Position numbers and translations under genes: made by a program. Source: Flavobacteriales bacterium (GTDB lineage: Bacteria; Bacteroidota; Bacteroidia; Flavobacteriales_D; JAUILH01). Taken from it: a DNA stretch of 64,000 bases. Below the pieces are notes generated by a model. It made no database searches and was not told where the DNA came from. It was given only the letters and a program-made list of their open reading frames with translations. The DNA lies in NCBI GenBank assembly GCA_964230215.1, contig CAXRGQ010000007.1:789531-853530 (forward strand), read 5' to 3'. This document shows positions 24,774-35,651 of the stretch, piece by piece (the first letter of the stretch is position 1; the number at the start of each line of letters is the position of its first letter).

Positions 24774-27700
24774 TTATCTCACTACAGTTACATGACCAAT
24801 GTACTCATGTGGTATGTTTTTATGGTCAACCGTTTTAATTAACCAAACATATACATCTAACTTAACTGTTCTTCCACTGCGTGTATCCGTTCCATCCCAT
24901 CCATAATCTGGACTGTGAGATTCGAATACAATTTGTCCCCATCTATCAAAGATGTACATTTCAAACTGATTATCAGTAAGACCGACACCAACAGGGTAGA
25001 ACACATCATTCATACCATCACCATTAGGTGTAAATGCGCTTGGTGCGAATAGAATGTAATCTCCTTCAACATACACTTCATATGAGATTTGATCTGTACA
25101 ACCAAACTCATTTTCAACCGTAAGCGTTACATCAAAGTATCCAGTGTCAGTATACGTATGAATAGGGTTTTGATACGTTCCAATCGTGTGTCCATCATTT
25201 GTTCCTACTGGCACTGCTCCTGGAGTTCCGCTAAGCGTATATCCATCACCAAAGTCCCAGTTGTACACAGTAGCACCCGAGCTTGAATCCGAGAATGTAA
25301 TTGTTGGATTCAACATAGTGGTAATCGCCGGATCCATTCCAAAATTAGCTATTGGAAGTGGATGAGATGTTACTATCTGACTTGCTGTCATAGAAGCAGT
25401 ACATCCATCTGCAGACTCCACTGTCATACAAACATCATATGTTCCAGGTGTGCCGTACGTATAAGTTGGATTTGAATTAGGTCCAACATAATCAACGGTT
25501 CCATCACATTCAAAGTCGAATGAGTAGTTAACACCGATATCCGAGTTAGCAATGAACTGAGCTGTGAATGGTGAACATCCAGACGAATCAACTACATTCA
25601 AGAATGCAGATGGATTAGGATTCACAATTACTTCAACTGAGTCTAACACATCTAAGCTACAACCATCTCCCGTGGTTACATAGTACCATCCAGAAGCTAG
25701 TGGGTTAAGTGTTATAGTAGATGAGTTGCCATTCTGTGTACCTGCAATTGGATTACCTTGATCGTCTACCCAATCAAATGTGTAAGGTCCACCATTACCA
25801 TCTGAAGCCGTAACCGTTAAATCAATCTGATCTCCGTCACAAATAGATGTATCTGGTGTTATAACAGTTGCAATTGGAGGTAGAACTGTGATATCGATAC
25901 AACCTAAGCCAGTACTTGGACAACCATTTGCATCTGTAATATCAAAGCAATATTGAGTACTTGTTAATGGATTAACCGTAATTGGTCCCTGACCATTCAA
26001 GCCTGGTGTTTGCCAGATGATGTTGTAAGGAGGTGTACCACCTTGTCCGCTTGCCCATAACTGAGACGAATCACCATAACAAATGGTCGCGTCTAAATCT
26101 GGAACAGGACTTAGTGGCTGTGGCTCAATAAGAGTTGCACAATTTGTAGCCTGACACCCGTTTGCATCTTGAATAGTAACACAATATGTGCCATCTCCAA
26201 GCGCCACTGCTGGGTTCGAATTTTGGTTAAACGCTGCTGCATCCCACTGATAGGTAATTGTACCAGTACCACCACTGTGAAGTACTTCAAGTGATCCGTT
26301 TGATAAACCATTACATGTTGGAGGTGTTAAGTTAAATCCATCAATAGTAGGAGCAGGCTCATCGGTTACAGTAATTGTAATCGTTTCTGTACATCCTTGC
26401 GCATCTGTCACTTCAACAGTGTGTAAACCTGCAAGTAGTCCAGTGTTAGTTTGTGAAGTCAAGTTACTTCCTCCAGATAGCCACTGGTACGTATACGGTG
26501 CTGTACCACCAGTTGGGTTCACCGTTGCGGTTCCATTAGCCTGAGAACATGTCGAGTTAGTAGAGCTTCCAGTTAGTGTTAATAGAGGTGGCTCTGTAAT
26601 CGTCACACTAATGTTTGCTGGACATCCGTTTCCATCTGTTACGTCTAAATCATACGTTCCTGCACACAATGCACTTGCCGTTGGGCCGTTAGACACAACA
26701 GGAGTCCATGCATAAGTATAAGGAGGTGTAGCACCACTTGCCGTAATCGTTACTGTACCATCGCATGCACCGTTACAACTAACATCTACCTGGTTAGTAT
26801 TTGCTAATAATAGTTGCGTTGGTTCAGTGATCGTTACAGTACTTGAAGTACTACAATTGTTCGAGTCAGACACTATTACGTTATAAGTACCCGCACATAG
26901 CCCTGTATTGGTTGCTGCTGTAGTGTTTGCACCGGCATTCCAGTTGTATGTATAACCTGTCAATACAGATGGCAGTCCACCACTCACAGATACAGTTGCT
27001 TGGCCATCGCATCCCAAATAACAACTAACATTTGTTTGTGATGTAATTGCACTGTTTATCTGATTTGGTTCTGTAATACAAATGGTGCTAAAGTCAATAC
27101 ATCCCGCAGCATCTGTAGCCATAAGAGTATAGCATCCACCATCAAGACTAGTAGTTAGGGTTTGCCCTGTGTTAACAGAGTTGTTGTTCGCATCAAGGAG
27201 CTCTAATGTTGATGTACCAGTTCCCCCTGTAACAGAGAATTCAACCATACCATCCATGTCACCAAAACATGTCACATTCATTGAGTCAACATTATCTACC
27301 GTTGGACCAACAATATCGCTAATACATAGTAAGCTATCTTTAATACATCCGTTTGCATCTACAATTGTTATCGTATAACATCCTGCAGGAATGTTTGGTA
27401 ATGTCGCAGATGTTGTTCCGTTAGGATCACTCCATTGATATGTAAATGGTGCCACACCACCTATAACATTGACGCTCATAGATCCATTCGATTGACCGCA
27501 GTTAGAATTAGTAAGCGTAGCTGCAAAGTCAAGTTCGTTTGGTTGTGTTATAATTACGGTCTCAGTAATAATACATCCATTAGCATCTGTAATTGTACAT
27601 GTATATGTTCCTGCACATAAGTTGATTGCACTTGCCCCAGTTTGGAATGCAGGGTCGTCCCATTGATAATTAAATGGAGGCGTACCACCTTGTAACAACA

Positions 27701-30700
27701 CATTAGCTGATCCATCGCAGGCATTGAAACAAGACACATTAACACTTGTTGATGAAATGGTTAACGGGTTAGGCTCGATGATAGTCACCTGAGCAGTTGC
27801 CGTACATCCGTTAGCATCTGTAACCGTTGCCACGTATGTGTTAGGACAAAGATTAGTCGCTAATTGATTAATTCCCGCGTTATTACTCCATTGATATGTA
27901 TATCCAGGAGTACCGCCTGCTTGATCAACTTGTGCGAATCCATCACATGCACCACTACATGTTACATCTCCTTGCTGGGAAATGTTTGCCGTTAATAGTG
28001 GCGGTTCTGTAATGGTAACTGATACTGTTGTGAAACAGCCATCCGCATCTGTTACTATACAAGTATAAGTTCCGGGGCACAAATTAGTTGCTGTGGCAGT
28101 CGTTTGTGCCATCGGATCATCCCATAGATATGAGAACGCACCCACACCGATTATACCAGTTGCCGTTGCCGTTCCATCACATACTCCATTACAAGTAACA
28201 TTAGATGAAGTAGCGTTGGCTGTAACTTGTGCTGGATCAACCAATGTTACGTTATCTGTAGCGATACATCCATTAGCATCCGTAATATTGACAACATAAT
28301 TACCAGAGCATAAATTTGGAATACTATCATTGGTGCCAATTACAGCTCCTGCTCCGTTAACCCAAGAATAAGTGTAACCTGGAGTTCCGCCTGTAACATT
28401 AACCCAAGTACTTCCATCACAGTATCCGAAACATACAGGATCGGCACCATTCGTAATATATGATAGATCTGTTGGTTGATTTATAGTAACATTTGTACTT
28501 GCCGAGCATCCAAGATCGTCGGTAATGGTAACAGAGTAGAATCCAGCACTTAAGTTGGATGCTGTTGGTGTAGTCTGGTTACCAGCGTTAGCATCCCATT
28601 GCACTGTGAATGTAACACCTGCTCCACCCACCATGTCTACAGTGGCTGTTCCGTTGTTGCCTCCAAAACAAGAAACATCTGCTGAAGCAATAATTGCTGC
28701 TGTTGGACCACTTAAGTCACTAATTTCAACTGCTATCTGTTCAACGCACCCGTGATCATCAGTAACATCAACAATGTATGTGTTTGCTGCTAAACCAACC
28801 GCACATGAGTTTGTTGAGTTATTTGGCCATAAATATGTATAAGGAGCAGTTCCTCCAGAAGCAATTACGCAACCTTGACCATCCGCCTGATTACAGTTTG
28901 CATTAACTACGGTTGAGTCAAGTAGAATTGGGCTCGGAGTAGCAACCTGAATAGAATCAATAATAGAGCACCCATTGTCATCAGTTACTGTCACTGCGTA
29001 CATTTGTGAACAAAGTCCAATTGCCGTTTGCGTAATTTGATTTAGCGGATCATTCCACTGATAGTCATATCCTGCAATTGCCGTTCCGCCGGCAGGAGTT
29101 GCTATTATAGAACCATTGCAGTCACCATGACAGTGAACAGGATTCTGATTAAGTGTTAGCGATAATGCGGTAGGCTCACCTACTGTAACATTTCCAGATG
29201 TTGACAAACACGTATTTGCATCCGTTACTTCAACGTAGTAATCACCAGCACATAATCCAGTTGCGTTCTGAGTAGTTTGCCCGATTGCTATACCCGTGTT
29301 TGCGTCAAACCACTCATAGGTAAATGGTGCAGTTCCGCCTGCCATTGATACACTTACTTCTCCATCGCAGGCGCCATTACATAGGGCATCTGATACATGC
29401 ACAGACGTAGCGATTCCTGGAGGAATGTTTCCAACTGTGGCTGTGGCTTGTGCCGAACATCCATCTGCATCCGTAACAGTCACGGTATATGTGTTTGGTG
29501 CTAAGTTAATTGCTGTTTGAGTAGATTGACCAGTCGGGTTCCATGCATACGTTAGCTGGCCTACACCACCTTGCACAATGTTTACTGTTGCAGATCCTGT
29601 AAGCGTATTACAGAATGCATCAACATCAGATGTTGTAAGTATTATTTCGAGTGGTTCTCCGACTGTTCCGGTAACAACAAATGTACATCCGTTTGCATCA
29701 GTAACAATACAGTCATATGTTCCTGGGCAGAGTCCAGTAGCAGTATTTGTAGTCTGAGCGCCTGGATCATTCCAAAGGTAAGTGTAAGGTCCAGTTGCAC
29801 CTGAAGCTAACACCGTTAATGAACCATCACAATCTCCATAACAAGTTACATCAACTGTTGTTTGAATTACCGCGTTTAATGCTGTTGGTTCTGTAATTGT
29901 AAGACTTGTAGATGCGATACATCCATTTGCGTCTGTCATTTCTGCAGTATAAGATCCTGCACATAGGTTATTAATGGATGGCGTTGTTGAGATTCCGCTT
30001 ATCGGATTATTCGCTGCATCAAACCATTGATAGTTTACTGGAGGAGCCCCACCAGTAACTTGTACCTGAGCAAATCCATCACAAGCACCATTACACGTTA
30101 CGTTGGTAACTGTTAAAGGAGTAATAGTTGGAGATCCAAGGTTTTGCACACAAACATTCTCAGTTGCTGTACAACCGTTGCCGTCAGTTACTGTTACATC
30201 ATAACATCCGGCCGCTAAGTTTGTAGCTGTTGCTGTTGTTTGATTTCCGGCAGCTGCATCCCATTGGTACGTGTATGCAGGGTCTCCTTGAGTAACGGTA
30301 ACTGTTGCATCCCCATCCGTTTGCCCACAGTTTGCACCATTAGAAGCGCTCGTTAAGATTAGTTCTGTTGGCTCAGTTATAATAACTTGATCGTTAAAGG
30401 TACACCCATTTGCATCCGTAATAACTAAGTTATAAGTGCCTGCGCATAGGTTTGTGATCCCAGCTGTTGTACTAAGCGCAGGGTCATCCCATTGATAGGT
30501 ATATGCACTTACTCCACCAGATACATTTGCTGTAGCATCACCATCACAAGCTGCAAAACAAGAGTTATTGTTAGATGCTATGGTGTTAGCTAATGCCGCT
30601 GGTTCGGTCAATGTTATCGGTACAATTACTTGACAGTTGTTAAAGTCTGTTATTGTCACATTATAAGTTCCAGCACACAAATTGTTCACTGCTGCAGACG

Positions 30701-33700
30701 TGCTTCCAGTTGGGTCATCCCATTGATAAGTATATCCTGGTGTTCCGCCAGAAGCGGTAACATCAACACTACCATCGCATGCTCCATTACACGATATATC
30801 TTCACCATTGTAAGATGAAGTCACTGATGTGATCCCACTAAGTGCGGTAGGAGAACCCACAGTGACATTGGCACTAGTAGTTGAGCCTCCGTTGGCGTCA
30901 GTAACTTCAACATAATAATCTCCTGCACATAAGTTGTTAGCAGTGATACCCGTTTGCCCCGGCATAGGGAACCCTGTCGCAGCATCAAACCATTGGTAGG
31001 TGAACCCACCAACACCACCTGACGCTGTTACTGTTGCAGAACCATCACAAGCTCCTGCACATAATTCATCTGTGCTTGTCAATACTGTATTTATACCATT
31101 TGGCTCATTAATAGTAACACAAGTGGTATCTGTACACCCTTTAACATCAGTTGCGATTACAGAATAGGTGCCTGCAGCCAGTCCAGTGGCGTTAGTTCCT
31201 GTTTGACCAGTTGTAGTTCCTGGAGGGCATCCATTAAACCACTCATAAGTATAGTTTGGTGTTCCTCCCGCAGCGCTAGCATCTGCTGTTCCGTCTGCTG
31301 CTCCATTAATCGTAGCGTCTGTACTTCCAGTAATGGTTACCACGACAGGTGTTGGTTCAGTTATAGTGATTGTAACATTATCAACACATCCATTAGCATC
31401 TGTTACAGTCACCGTATATGTTCCTGCACACAATCCAGTACCAGAGTCAGTTCCTTGACCAGCTCCCGGTGCAGGGTTCCAGTTGTATGAATATGGCGCA
31501 GCTCCTCCCGTTGCTGTTACGGTTGCAGTACCATCACAAGCCCCTGTACACGACACTTCTACTTGGTTGAAGATTGAAATAGTAGGTCCTGCATTGTTGT
31601 TGACACCAACAGTAGCAGTACCAACACATCCATTATCGTCAGTTACAGTTACTGTGTATGTGCCGCCAGGCACAGTATTTGGGTTGGCCACTGGGTTATT
31701 TGCAGCATCTACCCAAGTTTCGTTAACATAAGTTCCTGATCCACCCGTTGTAGACACAACCGAAATGCTACCGTCTGCCTGTCCACAGTTAGCATCTGTA
31801 GAAGTTACGGTTGGAACGATAAGCGCCGGTTCTGTAATCGTTACTGATGTACTAGCAGTACATCCATTTGCATCCGTCGCCTCTACATAATATGTGCCGG
31901 CGGTAATTCCTGTTAATGGTGTGCCGGTGCCAACAGAATTAGTTAGTGCGGCATTATCAAACCATTCAAAAGTAATAGCTCCTGTTCCGCCTGAACCCGT
32001 TGCAGAGACTTCTCCATCTGCACTTCCGTTACACAGAGCATCAACCCCATTGGCGTTAACTACCACAGCAGTTGGTTCAGTAATAATTACCTGTGTTGCC
32101 ATTGTACAACCCACACCGTCGGTAACAATCACGTCATAAGTTCCTGCTTCCAAGTTTCCTGGGTCTTGTGTAGTACTTGTGAATCCATTAGGGCCTGTCC
32201 ATGCGTAAGTAAATGCAGGATTCCCCCCAGTTATAGTTAAGTCAATAGAACCGTCCGTACCTCCATTACATGACACGTCAATTTGCGTAGTTGATACAGT
32301 TCCTGCAGTATTGTCAACTACGTTTACTGAATTATTGGCAGTACATCCATTTGCATCCGTAACCTCTACATAGTAAGTGCCCGCAAGAAGGCCAGTAAGA
32401 TTTGCTCCTGATCCAACATTGTTGGTTAACGCTGGGTCATCATACCACTCATACGTCAATCCTGGCGTGCCACCGTTTCCGTTTGCAGTTACTTCACCAT
32501 CAGCTTGTCCACAGTTAGAGTTAACACTAACCGCGTTTACTGTCAATGCTGCTGGTTCAGTTGGGGTGAATGTTTCAGTTGCAGTACATCCATTTGCATC
32601 CGTAATCGTTACAGTGTAAGCTGTTCCTCCAGTTAAACCAGAAACACTATTCGTGCCCTGACCAGCGCCCGGAGCAGGCACCCAGTTGTAATTTAAACCA
32701 CCGGCACCTCCACCTGCTGTTACAGTTGCCGTGCCATCTGCCGCACCGTTACATGAAACATTTGTGCCGGCTATTGAAGAGGTGATCGCAGTTGGTTCAT
32801 TAATCGTAACCGTTTCAGAAATTGTACAACCATTATTATCTGTTATGTCTAATGTGTAAGTCCCTGCACAGAGAACACCCGTTAAATCTTGTGAGGTAGG
32901 ACCATGTTGCCATGCAGCAGTATAAGGGGCTGTTCCACCACCAACGGTTGCATCTGCTGATCCGTCGCAAGCACCATTACAGTTAGCGTCAGTTCCATTA
33001 ATAGTTAGCGTCATTGGCGTTGGCTCCGTGATAGTCACAGATGCACTTGCTGTACAACCATTATTATCAGTAATATCTAAGGTTGTATTTCCAACACAAA
33101 GTGCGATTGCTTGTTGTGCGGACTCACCATTACCCCAAGTATAGGTAATTGGAGCAGCTGCGTTATTAACAGTTGCAGTTGCTGCACCGTCGCAAACACC
33201 GTTACATTGTGCGTCTTGATCAACATTAATAGTAATTGTTGGGTCTGGATCTGTGCCGATAGTTACTGTTGCTACATCAGAACAACCAGAATTATCAGTC
33301 GCTGTAAGTGTATATGTTGTGCCTCCGCATAAACCTGTTGCGTTAGGAGTACCTTGACCACCACCTGGCGCAGGATTCCATGCATAGGTAATTGGTGCAC
33401 TACCACCTGCAACTGTGAAACCTGCGGTTCCATCACAAACCATCGAACAGCTTGCATTCGTTTGACCCGCTAGAGTTAATGCTGGACCAGCAAGACCTGA
33501 TACGGATATTGTTGCAGTACCTGTACAGCCATTATCGTCTGTAACGGTAACAGTATATGAACCTGCAGGAACGGCATTTGGATTACCAACGACATTCGTA
33601 GTTGCATTATCTACCCATACGGTAGAAACGTATGTGCCGGATCCACCTACTGTACTATTGACGATTAGTTGTCCATCTGAAGCCCCACAGTTGGCGGGGT

Positions 33701-35651
33701 TTGAAGTAACGTTAACAACAATTGGAGCAGGGTTATTTGGTGTAAACGATTCAGTAGCAGTACATCCATTTGCATCTGTAATTGTCACGGTGTAGGTCGT
33801 TCCTCCAGCTAAACCTGTAGCTGCATTAGTTCCTTGACCACCACCAGGCGCAGGATTCCAGTTATAATTTAATGCTCCTGATCCACCGCTAGCAGTAACA
33901 GTTGCTGTTCCATCAGCGACTCCAGCACATGAGGCATCTGTACCATTTATAGAAGAGGTGATCACAGGAGGCTCAGTAATTGTATAAGAGTCTGTTGAGG
34001 TACATCCGTTAAGGTCTGTGATGGTAACAGTATATGTTCCAGCGCCAAGACCTGTTTGATTCGCGCCATTCATGTTACCAGGCATCCAATTATATGTATA
34101 ACCGGGTGTTCCACCTGCACCATTTGCTGTCAGTGTCCCGTCATTCGCACCAGCACAACTCAGATTAGTACCGTTGGCAGTAACAGTTGGTTCTGGGTAT
34201 ACAACGATATTTACAGTAGCTTGATCAGTACATCCTGCGGCACTTGCATCTAAGGTAACTGTGTACGTCCCAGGGGCAGCATACGATATTCCTGTTGGGT
34301 TTTGTGCGGTTGATGTACCTGGAGTCCCGCCACCGAAATTCCAATTCCACGTTGTACCACCTGCACTGGTGTTTGTAAAGTTAAAACTATTGCCAGTTAA
34401 ACATTGATTTCCGTTGTAAGTGAAATTAGCCACCGGGTTAGGTAATACAGTGACAGTTTGTGTGATCGTTCCCGTACATCCCGTTGCATTGGTAACGGTG
34501 AGTGTTACATTGTAAGTCCCAGGTGCTGCATAGGTGTGTGTTGGATTTTGCGCGGTTGATGTTCCTCCATCGCCAAAGTTCCAGTTATAGCCAGTAATAG
34601 CTGAACCACCATTGGCATTGGATGTATTGGTAAATGTTGTAGCAACACCATCACATACATTTGGTGCCGTAAAGTTCGCGACTGGATTAGGGTCTACGTT
34701 GACGCATACCGTATTTCCAGTGGCCGTAAGACCTCCACAGCCAGTTACGACAGGCCTAAAGCATGTATTGGCTGTTATTCCCGCAGTGTTGTAGGGGACT
34801 GTTGTTGCACCACCGATATTTGTCCATGGTCCTCCTGCACCAGGAGCAGATTGCCATTGCACATTTCCTGCATGACCGACCAGGTTGAGTGAGACAGGGG
34901 TGCCGGAACAGACCGTAGTGGCAGATATGCTGGCCGTACCAGCGACGGGGGGGGGTAATACATTGATGGTTATGGATGCTTGATCTGTAAAGTTACTACA
35001 CTGTTCTGTGGCAGTGACCGTGTACGTAGTAGTTGTTGTGGGGCAGACGACAATGTCCTCCGTGGTTTGTCCGGTACTCCAGCTCCACGTGTCGGAGAGT
35101 CCGCATCCTTGAATTACACTTGCGTCTAGCGTAACACAGTCACCTGAGCAAATAGTGGTGGAGCTTGCTGTTATGCCCACAACTAAAGGTTGAGTTGATC
35201 CCGGAACTGTGAAAGTTTGTGCCGCTGTCCATGGACCTACTGCCCCGTTATGGTTTTCACGCATTCTATACTGATACGTCAAACCTGGGCAAAGTCCAGC
35301 AAATGGAATCGTAATGCCAGGATAGTTCTGTACTGTACAGTTTGGCTTTTCCATTGTAGCCGATTGGAAATATGGATAGGTGCTTAACGGTCCATGAAAA
35401 CCTGGTGCAAAAGGAGCTGCATCAAACGGCTCATTCATACAACGCACCTCTAAATCAAGCCAATATACATCACAGCCACATGTAGGACTGTCGGAAGCAG
35501 CATTTACAAATATACTATTTGCGTTAATGGTTTGCTGGTTGAAATTAATAAGGGCTATCGCGTGACAAGCCTCAGCTTTTTGAGTATTAAAAGTCAGCAA
35601 TACACCCCAGAGGACTAGCGCCCTGAGTAGAGTAGATTTAATCATAAGCAT
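24774..35651 (-). CDS. Giant cell-surface adhesin: PKD + SprB-type repeats + T9SS type-B C-terminal domain
   Basis: 3625 aa. Signal peptide. N-terminal PKD units (NWNFGDGGTSTAQNPTHTYAAPGTYNVTLTV). About 35 tandem ~75-aa repeats (counted by eye) with C-[NA]-G-x-x-DG...D-x-NGC. C-terminal PKD units, then FTPNGDGMNDVF...DRWGQIVFES...WDGT. Confidence 0.9.
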   Translation of the reverse strand: MLMIKSTLLRALVLWGVLLTFNTQKAEACHAIALINFNQQTINANSIFVNAASDSPTCGCDVYWLDLEVRCMNEPFDAAPFAPGFHGPLSTYPYFQSATMEKPNCTVQNYPGITIPFAGLCPGLTYQYRMRENHNGAVGPWTAAQTFTVPGSTQPLVVGITASSTTICSGDCVTLDASVIQGCGLSDTWSWSTGQTTEDIVVCPTTTTTYTVTATEQCSNFTDQASITINVLPPPVAGTASISATTVCSGTPVSLNLVGHAGNVQWQSAPGAGGPWTNIGGATTVPYNTAGITANTCFRPVVTGCGGLTATGNTVCVNVDPNPVANFTAPNVCDGVATTFTNTSNANGGSAITGYNWNFGDGGTSTAQNPTHTYAAPGTYNVTLTVTNATGCTGTITQTVTVLPNPVANFTYNGNQCLTGNSFNFTNTSAGGTTWNWNFGGGTPGTSTAQNPTGISYAAPGTYTVTLDASAAGCTDQATVNIVVYPEPTVTANGTNLSCAGANDGTLTANGAGGTPGYTYNWMPGNMNGANQTGLGAGTYTVTITDLNGCTSTDSYTITEPPVITSSINGTDASCAGVADGTATVTASGGSGALNYNWNPAPGGGQGTNAATGLAGGTTYTVTITDANGCTATESFTPNNPAPIVVNVTSNPANCGASDGQLIVNSTVGGSGTYVSTVWVDNATTNVVGNPNAVPAGSYTVTVTDDNGCTGTATISVSGLAGPALTLAGQTNASCSMVCDGTAGFTVAGGSAPITYAWNPAPGGGQGTPNATGLCGGTTYTLTATDNSGCSDVATVTIGTDPDPTITINVDQDAQCNGVCDGAATATVNNAAAPITYTWGNGESAQQAIALCVGNTTLDITDNNGCTASASVTITEPTPMTLTINGTDANCNGACDGSADATVGGGTAPYTAAWQHGPTSQDLTGVLCAGTYTLDITDNNGCTISETVTINEPTAITSSIAGTNVSCNGAADGTATVTAGGGAGGLNYNWVPAPGAGQGTNSVSGLTGGTAYTVTITDANGCTATETFTPTEPAALTVNAVSVNSNCGQADGEVTANGNGGTPGLTYEWYDDPALTNNVGSGANLTGLLAGTYYVEVTDANGCTANNSVNVVDNTAGTVSTTQIDVSCNGGTDGSIDLTITGGNPAFTYAWTGPNGFTSTTQDPGNLEAGTYDVIVTDGVGCTMATQVIITEPTAVVVNANGVDALCNGSADGEVSATGSGGTGAITFEWFDNAALTNSVGTGTPLTGITAGTYYVEATDANGCTASTSVTITEPALIVPTVTSTDANCGQADGSISVVSTTGGSGTYVNETWVDAANNPVANPNTVPGGTYTVTVTDDNGCVGTATVGVNNNAGPTISIFNQVEVSCTGACDGTATVTATGGAAPYSYNWNPAPGAGQGTDSGTGLCAGTYTVTVTDANGCVDNVTITITEPTPVVVTITGSTDATINGAADGTADASAAGGTPNYTYEWFNGCPPGTTTGQTGTNATGLAAGTYSVIATDVKGCTDTTCVTINEPNGINTVLTSTDELCAGACDGSATVTASGGVGGFTYQWFDAATGFPMPGQTGITANNLCAGDYYVEVTDANGGSTTSANVTVGSPTALSGITSVTSSYNGEDISCNGACDGSVDVTASGGTPGYTYQWDDPTGSTSAAVNNLCAGTYNVTITDFNNCQVIVPITLTEPAALANTIASNNNSCFAACDGDATANVSGGVSAYTYQWDDPALSTTAGITNLCAGTYNLVITDANGCTFNDQVIITEPTELILTSASNGANCGQTDGDATVTVTQGDPAYTYQWDAAAGNQTTATATNLAAGCYDVTVTDGNGCTATENVCVQNLGSPTITPLTVTNVTCNGACDGFAQVQVTGGAPPVNYQWFDAANNPISGISTTPSINNLCAGSYTAEMTDANGCIASTSLTITEPTALNAVIQTTVDVTCYGDCDGSLTVLASGATGPYTYLWNDPGAQTTNTATGLCPGTYDCIVTDANGCTFVVTGTVGEPLEIILTTSDVDAFCNTLTGSATVNIVQGGVGQLTYAWNPTGQSTQTAINLAPNTYTVTVTDADGCSAQATATVGNIPPGIATSVHVSDALCNGACDGEVSVSMAGGTAPFTYEWFDANTGIAIGQTTQNATGLCAGDYYVEVTDANTCLSTSGNVTVGEPTALSLTLNQNPVHCHGDCNGSIIATPAGGTAIAGYDYQWNDPLNQITQTAIGLCSQMYAVTVTDDNGCSIIDSIQVATPSPILLDSTVVNANCNQADGQGCVIASGGTAPYTYLWPNNSTNSCAVGLAANTYIVDVTDDHGCVEQIAVEISDLSGPTAAIIASADVSCFGGNNGTATVDMVGGAGVTFTVQWDANAGNQTTPTASNLSAGFYSVTITDDLGCSASTNVTINQPTDLSYITNGADPVCFGYCDGSTWVNVTGGTPGYTYSWVNGAGAVIGTNDSIPNLCSGNYVVNITDANGCIATDNVTLVDPAQVTANATSSNVTCNGVCDGTATATGIIGVGAFSYLWDDPMAQTTATATNLCPGTYTCIVTDADGCFTTVSVTITEPPLLTANISQQGDVTCSGACDGFAQVDQAGGTPGYTYQWSNNAGINQLATNLCPNTYVATVTDANGCTATAQVTIIEPNPLTISSTSVNVSCFNACDGSANVLLQGGTPPFNYQWDDPAFQTGASAINLCAGTYTCTITDANGCIITETVIITQPNELDFAATLTNSNCGQSNGSMSVNVIGGVAPFTYQWSDPNGTTSATLPNIPAGCYTITIVDANGCIKDSLLCISDIVGPTVDNVDSMNVTCFGDMDGMVEFSVTGGTGTSTLELLDANNNSVNTGQTLTTSLDGGCYTLMATDAAGCIDFSTICITEPNQINSAITSQTNVSCYLGCDGQATVSVSGGLPSVLTGYTYNWNAGANTTAATNTGLCAGTYNVIVSDSNNCSTSSTVTITEPTQLLLANTNQVDVSCNGACDGTVTITASGATPPYTYAWTPVVSNGPTASALCAGTYDLDVTDGNGCPANISVTITEPPLLTLTGSSTNSTCSQANGTATVNPTGGTAPYTYQWLSGGSNLTSQTNTGLLAGLHTVEVTDAQGCTETITITVTDEPAPTIDGFNLTPPTCNGLSNGSLEVLHSGGTGTITYQWDAAAFNQNSNPAVALGDGTYCVTIQDANGCQATNCATLIEPQPLSPVPDLDATICYGDSSQLWASGQGGTPPYNIIWQTPGLNGQGPITVNPLTSTQYCFDITDANGCPSTGLGCIDITVLPPIATVITPDTSICDGDQIDLTVTASDGNGGPYTFDWVDDQGNPIAGTQNGNSSTITLNPLASGWYYVTTGDGCSLDVLDSVEVIVNPNPSAFLNVVDSSGCSPFTAQFIANSDIGVNYSFDFECDGTVDYVGPNSNPTYTYGTPGTYDVCMTVESADGCTASMTASQIVTSHPLPIANFGMDPAITTMLNPTITFSDSSSGATVYNWDFGDGYTLSGTPGAVPVGTNDGHTIGTYQNPIHTYTDTGYFDVTLTVENEFGCTDQISYEVYVEGDYILFAPSAFTPNGDGMNDVFYPVGVGLTDNQFEMYIFDRWGQIVFESHSPDYGWDGTDTRSGRTVKLDVYVWLIKTVDHKNIPHEYIGHVTVVR
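26130..34195 (-). repeat. Coding tandem-repeat region (SprB-type repeat units, ~225-235 nt period)
   Basis: Recurrent DNA blocks such as catccatttgcatccgtaa and protein blocks such as YTVTITDANGCTATE. Higher-order duplicated multi-repeat blocks are visible. Boundaries are approximate. Confidence 0.75.
34947..34955 (-). repeat. Homopolymeric tract (G9 on +, C9 on the coding strand) inside the giant adhesin gene
   Basis: Read directly: agcgacGGGGGGGGGtaata. It encodes Pro-Pro-Pro (NVLPPPVAGT) at about codon 233. Confidence 0.95.

Noticed and set aside
25089-34963. About 30 short ORFs (60-95 aa) on both strands inside 24774-35651
   Set aside because: All lie within, or antisense to, the uninterrupted 3625-codon adhesin frame. 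They arise from the repetitive Thr/Gly/Ala/Cys codon composition. No independent evidence supports them.
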